Below, one piece after another: positions 1 to 11,960 of a DNA stretch of 64,000 bases; position 1 is the first letter of the stretch; each line of letters begins with the position of its first letter. The position numbers and the translations under genes were made by a program. This DNA is from Vicugna vicugna (Eukaryota): the NCBI GenBank assembly GCA_013265495.1, contig MU058423.1, positions 9,905,627 through 9,969,626 of the forward strand, given 5' to 3'. The notes under the pieces were generated by a model that made no database searches, had not been told where the DNA came from, and saw nothing but the letters and a program-made list of their open reading frames with translations.

Positions 1-1794
1 AGAGGTTCATTTCAACACTATTTGCTTAAGTTCACATGGAGAGATTATAATTAAGATTTTGAAAGAAAACTTGATTGAGATTTTAATAGCTGTCTAAAAC
101 TGTTGGCCAGAAAACTGTGCTGAGAAGTGCTCATTAAGTAAAATTGTTTCTTGTTGCTTTTTGTGGGAATGTGTTTCTGAGTATTTGAGTGCTGTATTCA
201 TAGGACTCAAATGTTCCAAGGATTTCAATGATCTGTTACAAATTTACCTTTTGGCACTGAATTGCAGAATTCTCAAAATGCCTGCCAACTGTGCAATGCA
301 ATAAACAATAGGTCAGAAAATCATGATTTTGCAGGGTCCTATAGCACCAGGGGGAGCTGGAAGGAGGCTCTGAATGAGGGGCCTCCTCTCGTGCCCAGGA
401 GAGGACCCCTGCTCTTTCCACCCAGTGTCTGTTCAGGTCCAGATCCTCTGCGGGGGTCAGTCAGAGGTGGGAGCCAGAGAATCTGGAGATCCTTCCACAG
501 TAGTTAGTACCAGACTCGGTAGCGGGGCTGTCTTCAACCTTCTGAAGTCTGGTCACCAGTCTGGTCACCAGTCTGCAGCACAGATGATCCCAGTGGGGAG
601 ACTAGGGGGCCAGCACCCCTGGGGTCGACATGAGAAGGAATCAGCACTATGAACGTGAAAATACTCCACGCGAGAAAAGGGATCATAAGGGCTCGTTTTG
701 TTTCTGAATGGAACAGAGAGGCCAGGACAGAGGAAAACTGCTCCTAAATCTTTCATTGGATCTTACAGCTCAGTTACGGACCTGGGTGCCAGAGGACTTG
801 GAGCTGGCATTGAATGTTTTCAGCCGCACTCTTGCTAACCACAGAGATGTGATGACTCTAAATATTTTGACAGCCTGCAGTAGGACTCAGCAGAGAAGCA
901 GAATCTAAGATTATGCATAGTTTGGACTTTCAAACATGTTTTCTGGAGGATAAAGGGGCTGCATAAGATTGAATTCTTCCCAAGTGTAAAAGTCAAGGAT
1001 TCTTATCTGAGGGCAGTTTCTTTACATGCATGTTCAAGTACATGTAAAAGTTCATTTGAACCTCGCAGGAGTGATCATGGGAAAGTAGCATAGCAGCTGA
1101 GTCAGCTAAGTAGGGAAGGGATAGTGGACTTCAAAGTCATCGTTTCTTTTCCTTAATAAATCGAATGAATAGGAATGTTTTCACATCAGTTCCATAGGCG
1201 TCTGCTATTCTAATCAACTTCTGCAAATAAATATTTAATCATTATTCTGTTGAGAAATAATATTAATTTATAATTTTTCTTCAAAGCTTTTTTTTTTTTT
1301 AATGAACTTCCTGTTAAGATTATCTGAACCTCCCACCAAACTTCCCCGTCACCAGTAACTTCAAAGTGACATTTCAGGGTAACAGGCTGGTTCTGAAAAT
1401 AAGACACAGGAGGCTGAAGAGACATTGCAGAAATTAATTATTCCCAGCCCCATGGCGCCCTGTCCACCCTGCAGACTCTGCAGTCTACTCTTGGTTTGAA
1501 TAAATGTAAGGGTTTGTGAGAGAATCTTATCTGTAAGCCTCATCGAGCTTTTTTTTTTTTTTTAAGAACAGATTCCAGTATTAGTGCTTTATACTAATTG
1601 GGGGAAGTTATATTCCTAAGTGCAGAAGGTCAGGTGAAAAACTTTAACTGCTAGACTTTTCTTCCTAAAATAAAGCAAAATAATAAAATCGTACAATGTC
1701 AAGTTTGACATTGAATGATAAAGTAGGTTAATATAGGTTTTATAAAGCGCTTGGACTCTGTTCCTGCAAAAAGTCTTCCATGATGAATATAACA

Positions 1795-2005
1795 TTAAAG
1801 TCGGAGTTACACTGCCTGGATTTGAATCTCAGGTCTGCCGTTAGCTACGAGACCTTGGGAAAATTGCTTAACCTCTTTGTGCCCCAGTTTCCTTATCTGT
1901 GAAAAAGAGATAACACCTCCCTCATGGGTTAGTTGTGAGAATCGTATCAAATTGAAACATGTGAAGTGTTAGAACAGTACCTGGTCCTTGGTGAGTGCTG
2001 TATGT
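1795..2005 (+). mobile_element. MIR SINE
   Basis: Core gaccttgggaaaattgcttaacctctttgtgccccagtttccttatctgtgaaa and 3' gtgttagaacagtacctgg. Confidence 0.8.
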
Positions 2006-4619
2006 CACTTTTTAAAATGACAAGGAAGGGAATGTATTTATGAATGTATATAAAAATATGTATCATAAGCTTAACTTAATACATTTGGGATTATAAATAA
2101 TCAGTTTCCTAAAATGTATTTCCCATTATAATTTGGAAACTCTTAAATTGGCTTGCTTAAAAAATTCAACCAAATCACAGTTGTTAGGGTTTCACGTTGA
2201 AATCATAATTACACCTTTTCATAATACACCACGAACAGTACGCTGGAAAGTTGCACATTTACCAAATGCAAATGACACCAGACTACAAAATGAGCTTATG
2301 TTCCAAGATTCATCTCCTTCATTTATTTTTGGGTTTCAATCATGCTTTTCTTTGTACATTCTCATCAACATTTTTAATGGCTTGGTAAAGGAGAACAATC
2401 TCCTGCGTAATCAACATTGACTCTTCCTGTGAAAAGTGTTTTAAAAATAAAGTCCTTCAAATGTCTGGTCGTTTTTTTTTTTTTTTTTCAGTAAAAATGA
2501 ATGGCCTTGGAAGACATTTGTCCTGGCAGTCCGTTTAAAGAGGAGAGAAATGAAAGCCATGAAAACCAGAAGAACGTGGCCCCAAGGGAAAGATCTGTAT
2601 GATGAATTTGAAACTGCGGGAAGCACTATTTCTGCTTTCCCAGGCAGAGCTGTCACCTCAGAAGCCTATGTTCATGAAAAGGAGAGTGTTACCCAGAGTA
2701 TCAGAGCTTAGGCTGTTGAACACTTGTTCCCTTAATGCGGGCAGGGCACTTGAAGGTGGTCACTAATAATTCAGTCTTGTTGTACAACAGAAACTTGTGT
2801 CTTGGTACAGGAGAAATCTCAGCCAAACAGCAACATAGATTTTCTGAACTAGCCAGAAAAAAAAGAGAGAGAAAAAGAAAAGGTGGTAGAATTACGGTCC
2901 AGTACAAGACAGTAATGAAGGGTTATTACATTCGCTCAGGTCCCTCGATAATTCTCCCCAGATTCAGCTGCCAGTGGACACTCCGAGTCCAGTGGGGGAG
3001 TATGGCTCTCCTGCGCTATCGGAAAGAAATGTCATTCTTTCTTAGCCATCGCTAGGGAAGGTCAGGAAAATCCCACTAGTCTTCCCTGGCCACGTTCTGC
3101 TGCACGAATGGCGTCTCAAAACTCTACTTAAACTTCCCACCTGCATCATTTTTTTTAGAAAAATGTTTTCTCTCTCATTGTGTGAATTAACACTTGGTCT
3201 CTTCTGTTTTAAACCTTTGTGTCTCTTCCTATAACTAGGGAAGTGGTGAGTGAGTTCATCATTGCTTTATAATGTTAGCATTTCTCAGCTTGACTTCTTC
3301 TTTTTAAAGAGTCCTAATTCTTTTATCCAATTACCATAAATTATAGCTATACTGGCTAATCCTTCCTAAATGTGAACATCTCTCCTCTTAAAAAAAAAAA
3401 AGAAAAGAAAAGAAGAAGAAGGAAAAAAGGAAGAAAAGCACTTTGCTTTGACTTGCTCTGCCCAGTGTTTCTGGGATGCAGGCTCTACCAGATACTTTGG
3501 ATTGTCCCTGGAACATGGGTTGTTGCTGAGATCAAATAAAGTGGGGAAACACTGGGCAATAAAGTCAACAGTTTTCTTTAACAGGTTGTCATGCTTTTGG
3601 TCATGCAGAAAAGCTAATTGGGAGAAAGTTACACTTTTAAATGCGGAAAGTTCAGATAAGTTTTCACTGCAAGAATATTCTTCCTAAAAGAAAGCAGAAT
3701 AATGAAACATTACAGTGTCAAGTTGAACTCCAGAACTGGACTGCATGGAGCTGAGTGAGTCCAGGCTTCATGACTCACTACCTTAGGTATGTCATGTAAC
3801 CTCTCCATGCCTTAGTGTCATCATCTGTACCATGAAGACAGGAAAGTAATACCATCATGGGGCAGCTAGAAGTTGTGAGTTGTGATGTGCTAATAATGTG
3901 CATTGTGAATCTCTGGGAAGGGTTAGAGTTTGTAGCTTTTAGCTGACTTTTTTTCTTGTTGTTGTCCAGGAGTCTCCTCCCAAACCCCCTTTTAAAAACC
4001 CAGTAAACATCCTGTGAACTTAATGTTAGAAGCACTGACATATGGACATTTAATTATTGCTTGTGCTTCAAAGGTGAATTTCTAAAAACTCCATTATCTC
4101 CAAGTTCCAAAGAATCTAAATTTTATCATGTTCCTTTTACACTGTTGATAAGAACAGGAGAAATTAATTCAAACGTGTACTTTACAAGAAGAGCTTGAAA
4201 GCAAGCTGATAACCTGCATACATTTTTTTTAATTAATTGTGAGTTAGCTCTTTTGAGGAATGACAGGTACATTATAACAGTGCTGGCCTACAGATTTGTG
4301 AACATGCAGAATTCAACCTTATATACTAAACATGAAAATAAACACTATGAGTATGCAAAATTAATTTGTATTTCAGTGCTCTTATAATTCACTTTCCTCA
4401 TAGCTTAGTTCACTCCATTTATATGAATGGTTGGGCAAAGTATGAATATCATGTGAAGTTTAATTAGCAGCTTTTATTTTAACTGGAAAAGAAGGTTGTT
4501 AATGGTTTCACAAGCTTCTAGTCATTAAAAAGAAGAATGAGCAGAGCTTGTAAATGTGTGTCTTGTTAGGCAGACGATGTTTCCCTTTTCTGCGGCCCAG
4601 GGTCAGGTAACAATGGCTG

Positions 4620-4820
4620 AGACGTGCGCAGTGCTTGCTTGTGCTGGCACCTGTTCTAAGAACTTCGTAACAGTTCACTCCTTCATTCTTTACCACAGCC
4701 CATGACGGCATTCTTTCAGCCATCTTCATTTTAATGAAGAGTCTGAGGCAAAGAGAAGTTTCTCGACTTACCTAAGGTCATTCAGCTGAGAGGTAAAGGC
4801 AGGACTCAACCCCACTCACT
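4620..4820 (-). mobile_element. MIR SINE
   Basis: cattttaatgaagagtctgaggcaaagagaagtttctcgacttacctaaggtcattcagct matches the antisense MIR core. Confidence 0.7.
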
Positions 4821-5454
4821 CGATCAGGCTCTGGAGCGTGTTCCTGCGCTGCCTTGGAGACACAAGCATGCCTTTCCAGGGCTTCTTGCAAACATTCCAG
4901 GCAGTGTTGCTCCACCCTCTGCTCGCTGGTCCCAGGCCCTGGAGAGTTAATGCTGACCGCTCAGCTTCGTTGGGAGTTGGAGAAGACTGGCTCCCTTTCT
5001 GCAAGAGTGTGGGGTCACTGGCACACCCAGTCCTCGATCAGCGCTTACTCCTTATCGTCTCCCTTCTGTATTCCCTCGCTACTATTTCTCATGTATGTGC
5101 CGGTGCTGGCAGGGAAGTTGTGAGTTGCTCTGACGGGCCCCTGCGTTTCCGCACAGTGAGACAGGCGGCAAGGGACTCCCGGCAGAGGACGAGCGTGACC
5201 CGCGGGGGTGCCGAGCGCTGGTGGCTGGTCAGGCTGCGTCACCTCTCCACGGCTCACTTAAAACCTCTGGAAAGTGAGAGCGCTCAGCTTCTTTCTGTTT
5301 TAGGTTTCATTTACCCTCTCCTACAACCCCGCCCTTCGCTACAACGCCTACAATAGCTCTCTGCACAGAATAAGTACATAACCATTATTTGTTCAAATAA
5401 ATATCTAGAAATTCCTTTGAAAATATCCCCAATACATTTAAAACACGTGGTAGT

Positions 5455-5650
5455 CAGGAGTTCTCGACCCCCTTGAAATTTCCTGTGGAGAGCTCAGAGG
5501 GCTTAGGAAAACATTCGTGGCTGTTCCCCGGGCTCAGAGTTTCTGAGTCAGGAGGTGTGGGGCAAAGCCTGAGAATCTGCATTTCCATCAAGCTCCCAGG
5601 GGCTGCTGCTGCTGCTGCTGGTGTGGGGACCACATCTGAGAACCACAGCC
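5455..5650. mobile_element. MER5A hAT-Charlie MITE
   Basis: cagagtttctgagtcaggaggtgtggggcaaagcctgagaatctgcatttccatcaagctcccagg...ggaccacatctgagaaccac. Confidence 0.8.
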
Positions 5651-6145
5651 CACAGAGTGCTCTCAAAATGGACACCCCCCTTCCCTCTGGTTTCCCAATT
5701 AAAAAAGATTCGATCAGGCAGTCCCGCCCATCAGTTAGTATGACAGTTTCATGTTATCCCCACTGCCTGTGTATTAACAGGAGTCTCTTGTTAACAGACG
5801 ACAAACCTTAACTCATGAGAGCAGATCTAGTGCTTGGCCTCGCATCGTTTTATCCGAGCTGCCTCTGACCCACTGTTTCCCTGCAGCTGTCCTCTCCCTG
5901 GGATGCTGGGGCCTCCCGGTGGCCACGTGCCCACAATCTTAACCAAGGCTGGTGACATGGAAAGGTTAAGAGCGTGGGCTCAGATGTTGGTCCCTAGGCA
6001 GTCTGCCTCCTCTGTGCTTTGTATTCTTCATCCGTAATTGGATTTCAGTAACAATACCTACCTCATAGGGTTGTTTCAAATACTAAATCGGCAAATACCT
6101 GCAAAGTGGTGAGAACAGGTCCTAAAACCTAGTACATGCCGTATA

Positions 6146-7630
6146 CTTTTTTTTGAGATCTTTTTTCCCCAACTTTATGGCAATATAACTGACATGTGAC
6201 ATTGTGGAAATTTCACGGTACAGCGTGTTGGTTTGATACGTTTTATATTGCAAAATGATTCCCACCGTAGCATGAGCTACACCTCCATCCCATCACATGC
6301 TTACCATTTTGTGTGTGGTGAGAGTGTTTATCTACTCTTTTTGCAACATTCAAGTATATAATACAGTATTTTTAGCTGTAATCACCATGCTGTACATTCG
6401 ACTCCCGGAAGCTGTTACTCTTATAACTGGAAGTTTGTGCCCTCTGACCAATATTCCTCCACCTCCCCAAGCCCCCAGTCCCTGGTAACCAAACCACCAT
6501 TCTTCCCTGTTTCTGTGAGTTTTACTTCCCTTTTTTTTTTTTTAAAGGTTCCATTTACAAGTGATCCCGTATTGGTCCATCTTTGATTTATTTCAGTTAG
6601 CGTAAGGCCCTCAGGGTTCATTCAAGTTGTCACCAGCTGTAGGAGTTACCCTCTTTCTCACGGTTGAATAGCAGCATTCCATTGTATATGTATGTAGCAC
6701 ATCTTTAATTTTAATCCATTCATCTATAAATGGACACGTATGTTCTTTTACGTTTTCTAATGTTTTTTTAAACCGTTTTCATGAAAGTGGTTTATTTATT
6801 TTTAGTTAAGATGGAAAGGAATTACACTGAACTTACTTCTCCATGTTATGCAATTGTAGGCAGTTTTTCTGCTTTTTATTTTTATTTTTCATTTGAGCAA
6901 CTAATACACTTTCATCATTTTTATAATCTGATAATTGTTATCAAGAAAAAACTGAACAAGTTGAATAATCAGCTTACAAAGGAGGAACTAGCTCATAAAA
7001 CTTGAATATTTAAACACGCTACACAGTAAATGAGTTCTTTCCACATATATTCGAACATCAGCAGATGAAATTTGAAGTTAACTGTTTCCACATCTGAGAT
7101 GTTGTGAATGATGCCACCGTGAACGTAGGAGTGCAGTTATCTCTCTGCTAACCTGATTTCAGTTCCTTTAAATACCCCCTCAGGAGTGGAATTGCTGGAT
7201 TATATGGTAATTCTATTTTTAATTTTTTAGGAAGCCTTCGTACTGTTTTCCACAGTGGTTGTACCGATTTGCATTCCTACCCACGGTGCACAAGGGTTTC
7301 CTTTTCTGCAGATCCTCGCCAACACTAGTCATCCCTTATCTTTTTGATGACAGCCGTCCTGACAAGGGTGGTTTTGATCTGCATGTCCCTGAGGATCAGT
7401 GAGGTTGAGCACCTTTTCATGTCTCTGTTGGCCATTTGTATATCTTCTTTGGAAAACTATCTGTTCAGTTCGTTTGTTTGTTTTTTTCCTGCTGTTGAGA
7501 TGTGTGAATTCCTTAAATATTTTGAATATGAATCCCTTATCAGGTACATAATTTGTGTATATTTTCTCCTGTTCCATAGGCTGCATTTTAATTTTGTTGA
7601 TTGCTTCTTTGGCTGTGCAGAAGCTTTAAG
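6146..7630 (-). mobile_element. Old L1 3' region (3' UTR and ORF2 C-terminus), interrupted at ~6750-7080
   Basis: ORF 7329-7586(-) QPMEQEKIYTNYVPDKGFIFKIFKE resembles L1 ORF2 QPTEWEKIFANY.SDKGLI. Typical antisense L1 text aggagtggaattgctggattatatggtaattctatttttaatttttt. Confidence 0.88.
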
Positions 7631-7648
7631 CTAGCTTTTATTATATGT

Positions 7649-7935
7649 TCAGTGTTTCCCAAATTTGTCTCTCGTGGTATCACCTTCATGATTTCTCTCA
7701 TGCTTGCGTATCCCCTCAACTATCATTCATTTTTCTCTTTAAATCAACTACTTTACTAAGAAATTATTATAAAAGAAAACTTATTACTATAAATGGAATG
7801 CCATTATCACTTGATAAATAGAAGGTAATCATAAAATAAATACAATAAAAACAATTTTTTTATGCTAGCCAGTTATTTTCTGCTGAACGCTCTGAGCCTG
7901 AGACTTATTCCCTCTCTGTGAAAAACAGGGAAATC
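7649..7935. mobile_element. MER113-like hAT-Charlie fragment
   Basis: Terminus cagtgtttcccaaa, with internal atcacttgataaatagaaggtaatcataaaataaatacaat and gctctgagcctgag. Confidence 0.65.
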
Positions 7936-7936
7936 T

Positions 7937-8300
7937 GCAAATTCTAGCTGCTATGACAAATAAGCCCCCACATTCCGCTGGCTTCACACTAGAGGGTGTC
8001 ACTCTCTCACGTCACAGACCAGTGCAGGGCCACTGACTCAGGGGCCTGGACTCCTTTCCTCTAGTGACACCAACAACTGCTGGGCCCAGAAATCTCTCTG
8101 CTTCCAGGCAGCACATGGGTGGAGAGAACGTGGAGGAAGCACCTGGTTCTTTTGCATTTTTGGTCTGAAACGGACACGTGTAATTTATCTTTTGATGTAA
8201 GTCACCTAGAGGCAGATGTGCAGAGAATCTTGGTCCAGTCTAGGTAGCCACTTACCACAGCAACTTTGGAGTATGAAAGTTAGAACACAAGTTTTTGGTG
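7937..8300 (-). mobile_element. MLT1-type (ERVL-MaLR) LTR remnant
   Basis: ctagctgctatgacaaataagcccccacattccgctggcttcacact is a typical antisense MLT1 end. Confidence 0.55.
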
Positions 8301-10919
8301 GTCAGATTATGAAATATGGACAGTTATACCAAGACGTAGCCAAAGTTTCTTGATTCGTGGGAAGGAGTCTGCAAACTTTCACATCACTAACTATATCACT
8401 TCTTCAGTTCAGTTAATCCTCCTCTCTCCCAACCTCAGTGTCACTCAGAAACTGTTCCAAGAAGTTAGCAACTGCCTTACTTAGCAAGGGTGAATTTCAT
8501 CTAGATACAGAGGAAACCGCAGTTTCTCTGTATCAGAACACAAAGTTAGTGAGACGGTGCCCAGTAAAGCTCTTTACCTCTTAGTATAACTTAGACCTTG
8601 CCTTGGCCAGATGGGACGTGAGCTCGCTCTCTGTGTGAGTCTGTATTATAACCAAGAATGAATAATATGTTTGGTAAGAACCTGCATATAAACCCAGTAC
8701 CCTCTAACATTTTAAAACTAAAGTGTGTGCCATTACTACACTTCCATGATTAAAGCTGCTTTTTAGATATTATTTGACATGTATCTGAAATGTGTGAGAC
8801 ACATGCCAAGTACCGCCACACAGGTTGCATGCTTTCTGCTGCTGTAATACATCGGAAATGTTTTTCTTGTACTAATTTCAAAGCAATGAAGAGCATGGAT
8901 ACCTCTGAGTGACCACCCTTTGAAGGGGAGAGGAATTTCTAATTGGGTATTTTTAACTGAAAACATAAAGCTATTGGCAGTTTGACATTTGATGAAAGTC
9001 TGCTATGATGTTATCTTCCCGGAAAACCTTACTTCAGTGTTTTGTCATTAAGAATTATAGATAACAGAGGATCAGCCGCTGGGAATTGAGATATGAGAGC
9101 AACGTTATGTGCTCATAGAAGAGACGTTTATACTTGGTGATTTATGGTTCACACCTGCATTTTTATGGGTTGCTGTATTCATCAGCAGGATGGGACATTT
9201 TACTCACTGACAAACAGGTTAAAGAAACGGAACCGGATGCCAGATCTGTCCTCCCACACGATACAGAGACATCGATGGGTCATTTAGCAAGGGCGGTTGT
9301 CTAGGTCTGGCTTGGTAAGCAAGGGAGGGTTCAAGGAACTTTGCAGTGTCAACACTTGAGATCAACAAAACGTGATGCAGTGTCACGGTTAGAGGATGGT
9401 GTATAACGGGGAACAGAGTGCTCCAATTTGGGCTGCTCTGTGGAATGCAGGGCTTCCCTTTGTCACTCTAGGTGAGGTCCAGGAGCACCCCTCTCTCCTC
9501 TAGAGAGGCAGGCTGTCGGGGTGCAGAGGGGAGGGGCTGGGGCCTGGGGAACAGCGCAGGTGCTTGGACCCAGCTCCGTGAGGCAGTGGGGGCCCCTGGG
9601 TACCAGCTCCCGAGCCCTTGGTGGGCGCCTTACCACATTCCAGATCAGATTGTCATGGAGCACAAATGCCAGCAGCCTCCCGTGGAGGTTGTCTGAGGGC
9701 TTCCTATAGAACGGGGCACAGCGGAGCTTTGCGTCTTCTTGGCAGAGGAGGAGAGGTGGTGGGATGAGGTTAGTGAGCCCAGATGAGGGAGCTGGGAGGC
9801 AGATGCAAGAAATGAAATGAGGGCTGACCGCTGTGCTCTTACTGTGCCAGCCTCCACCCCCTCTACCAGGAATATCTTTTCCCCCATTTTCTTTTATGTC
9901 CCAATGAATGGGGGGGGGACTCTTTCTGAGATGGGGGAGGAACGCGCCGTGTGAACAGCTGGCCCATGGACGGCCAGTTGATTGTCCTCACGAGGGACAC
10001 AGGTGTCCTTCCCGAGGTCCTGCTGCTTTCTCTCTCTCTGAGGACAGCCGGAGCCTGTGGCAGGAGGAGGGGCCCTGCTCCTTCTCAGCTGAGCTCAGTT
10101 AACACTGTTCATCACCTCGACTCTCTCTGGAAACAGCTTTCATTTATTTGTTCACACAGGAAAGGAAATTGTATCAAGGGATACCACAGAGTGACGGAGT
10201 GACAAAGCTTTTAGCTTCTCCATCTCTGGCTTCTGTGCCTCTGTCCTGCCAGGTTTCTCCGTCTCCCACTGAGAGGAGAAAAAGCAAACAATTCTGGTCT
10301 TTTCCCAAAGGTTGCTCTGGGAATTTAATGAAAATGGCAGCCAGTGACCCCATATTAAGAATCCCTTCTTAACAGTGGTAAGAAAATGACCGAACCACCA
10401 GGTCTTCAGTTACACTTAAGAAGCAAGGGCATGTGGAAGAAACATGAAGAAATTTTGCTGAAGACCGAATCTCACAAAACAAACAAACAAACAGACAAAA
10501 ATCAGAGTTCGAAAGAGGGTGTGAAGCTCTCTTGGTCTTCGTTGTAATGCTGATGTGTGTATTAAAAGGATCAGGAAAGTCTTTCCCTATATCCAGTTCT
10601 CTTATACCCGGGCACCCCAGGAGTTGTAAAGCTCCTTATGAGGTGCTCTGTGCCCCAACACCTTTCCCTTAAAGCTGTAGAGATGCTGGGAAAATGGTGG
10701 AGCTCCAGATGTGACCTGAGCCTTGAGAGGTGTGGGCGGCGGGCAGGGGGCTGACCTGGCTTAACCTGGAAAAGTTGGAAGAAGATCCTAGCGAGAGGCT
10801 GTGCTCAAATAGTTCTAAACTTGGATTCAGATTCTGGCTGTGCCAGTAACAGACGTGTTTAAACTCTTGGTTTCTCTCTGGGTGGGTATCCTTATCTATA
10901 AAGGGAAATGAAGCTAGAT

Positions 10920-11960
10920 TTCACTCGTTCATGCAGCCATTTATATTTATTGCTAGGAATTGTGCTTTAATATGGGAATATAAAGATAAACATTATACAG
11001 TCCCCGTCTCAGAGAAGCTCTCAATTAAGTGGAGGAGACAGATGTTACTGATCCCTATACAGTCATGCGTAAAGTACCGTAATAAACGTGCAAAGTGCCA
11101 CTGGAACACAGAGACGGAGGGATGGGCTGCGCCAGAAATAGACTTGTAGCAGAGCAGGCAATATCTAAATCACGTCTTAAACACAGATCTGCCTGTCTAG
11201 GTTAGGTCCCCTGCCTGTCTTAAGCATGGGCCAAGTATAAACGCCAGAATGTTTGGCAATGCCTGGAATGTTGGGAGTGAGAGTGTTTAGCTGTGACTAG
11301 AACACAGCATGTCTGGAGGCTGGTAAGAGTTGTAGAAGCTGAAAAAGATGGGTTCAGGCTCACCTGTAAGCAGTCTCTTATGACAATTTCTTTTACTCCA
11401 CTGGCTATGAAGACACATTGGAAATTGTAAATAGGAAATGTGGATTGCACAAAATTTCAGCAGGGAAAATGGAAGTTCAAAAGTGAGTTCTGAGGATGCT
11501 ATGATGCAGGAAAGAGGTGATAAGGGACTGAATTTTTAAATGGCAATAGTGATAAAAAATGGATGTATTTGAAATATAATTCAAATATAAAAGCAATAAA
11601 GTTTAGCAATTGATTTAGACAGACAAATGAGGGGAGTGAGGTTTCAGCCTGGTGTGTAAGAGTGTCAGAGTTGTAGCCTGAGTGTCCGAGTTGGAGGGTG
11701 GTGGGTGAACTGTGGTGGTGACATGGAGGACAGAAGGCTTAAGGTGAGAGACAGGAATTTCATTTTGGATGGAAAGGTTTGAGAACTTCAATATGCAGAT
11801 CAGAGCATATTGAGACGTTGCTGTCTAACAGGTAGTTGAAGACCTGCACCTGGAGCTCAGGGGATAGAGAAGTATTTAGGATTCGTCACAGTTCAAGGGT
11901 TGGTAAAGTCTAAGGAGGAAGTCCTCTAGAAAGGGATTCCACAGGACAAGAGGATAAGAA
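10920..11960 (-). mobile_element. L2 LINE remnant
   Basis: Purine-rich antisense L2 text, e.g. ggaatttcattttgga...aacaggtagttgaagacctgcacctggagctcagggga. Confidence 0.6.

Noticed and set aside
4838..5356. 172-aa ORF
   Set aside because: Non-ATG start, GC-rich sequence, no homology that I recognise and no supporting splice structure.
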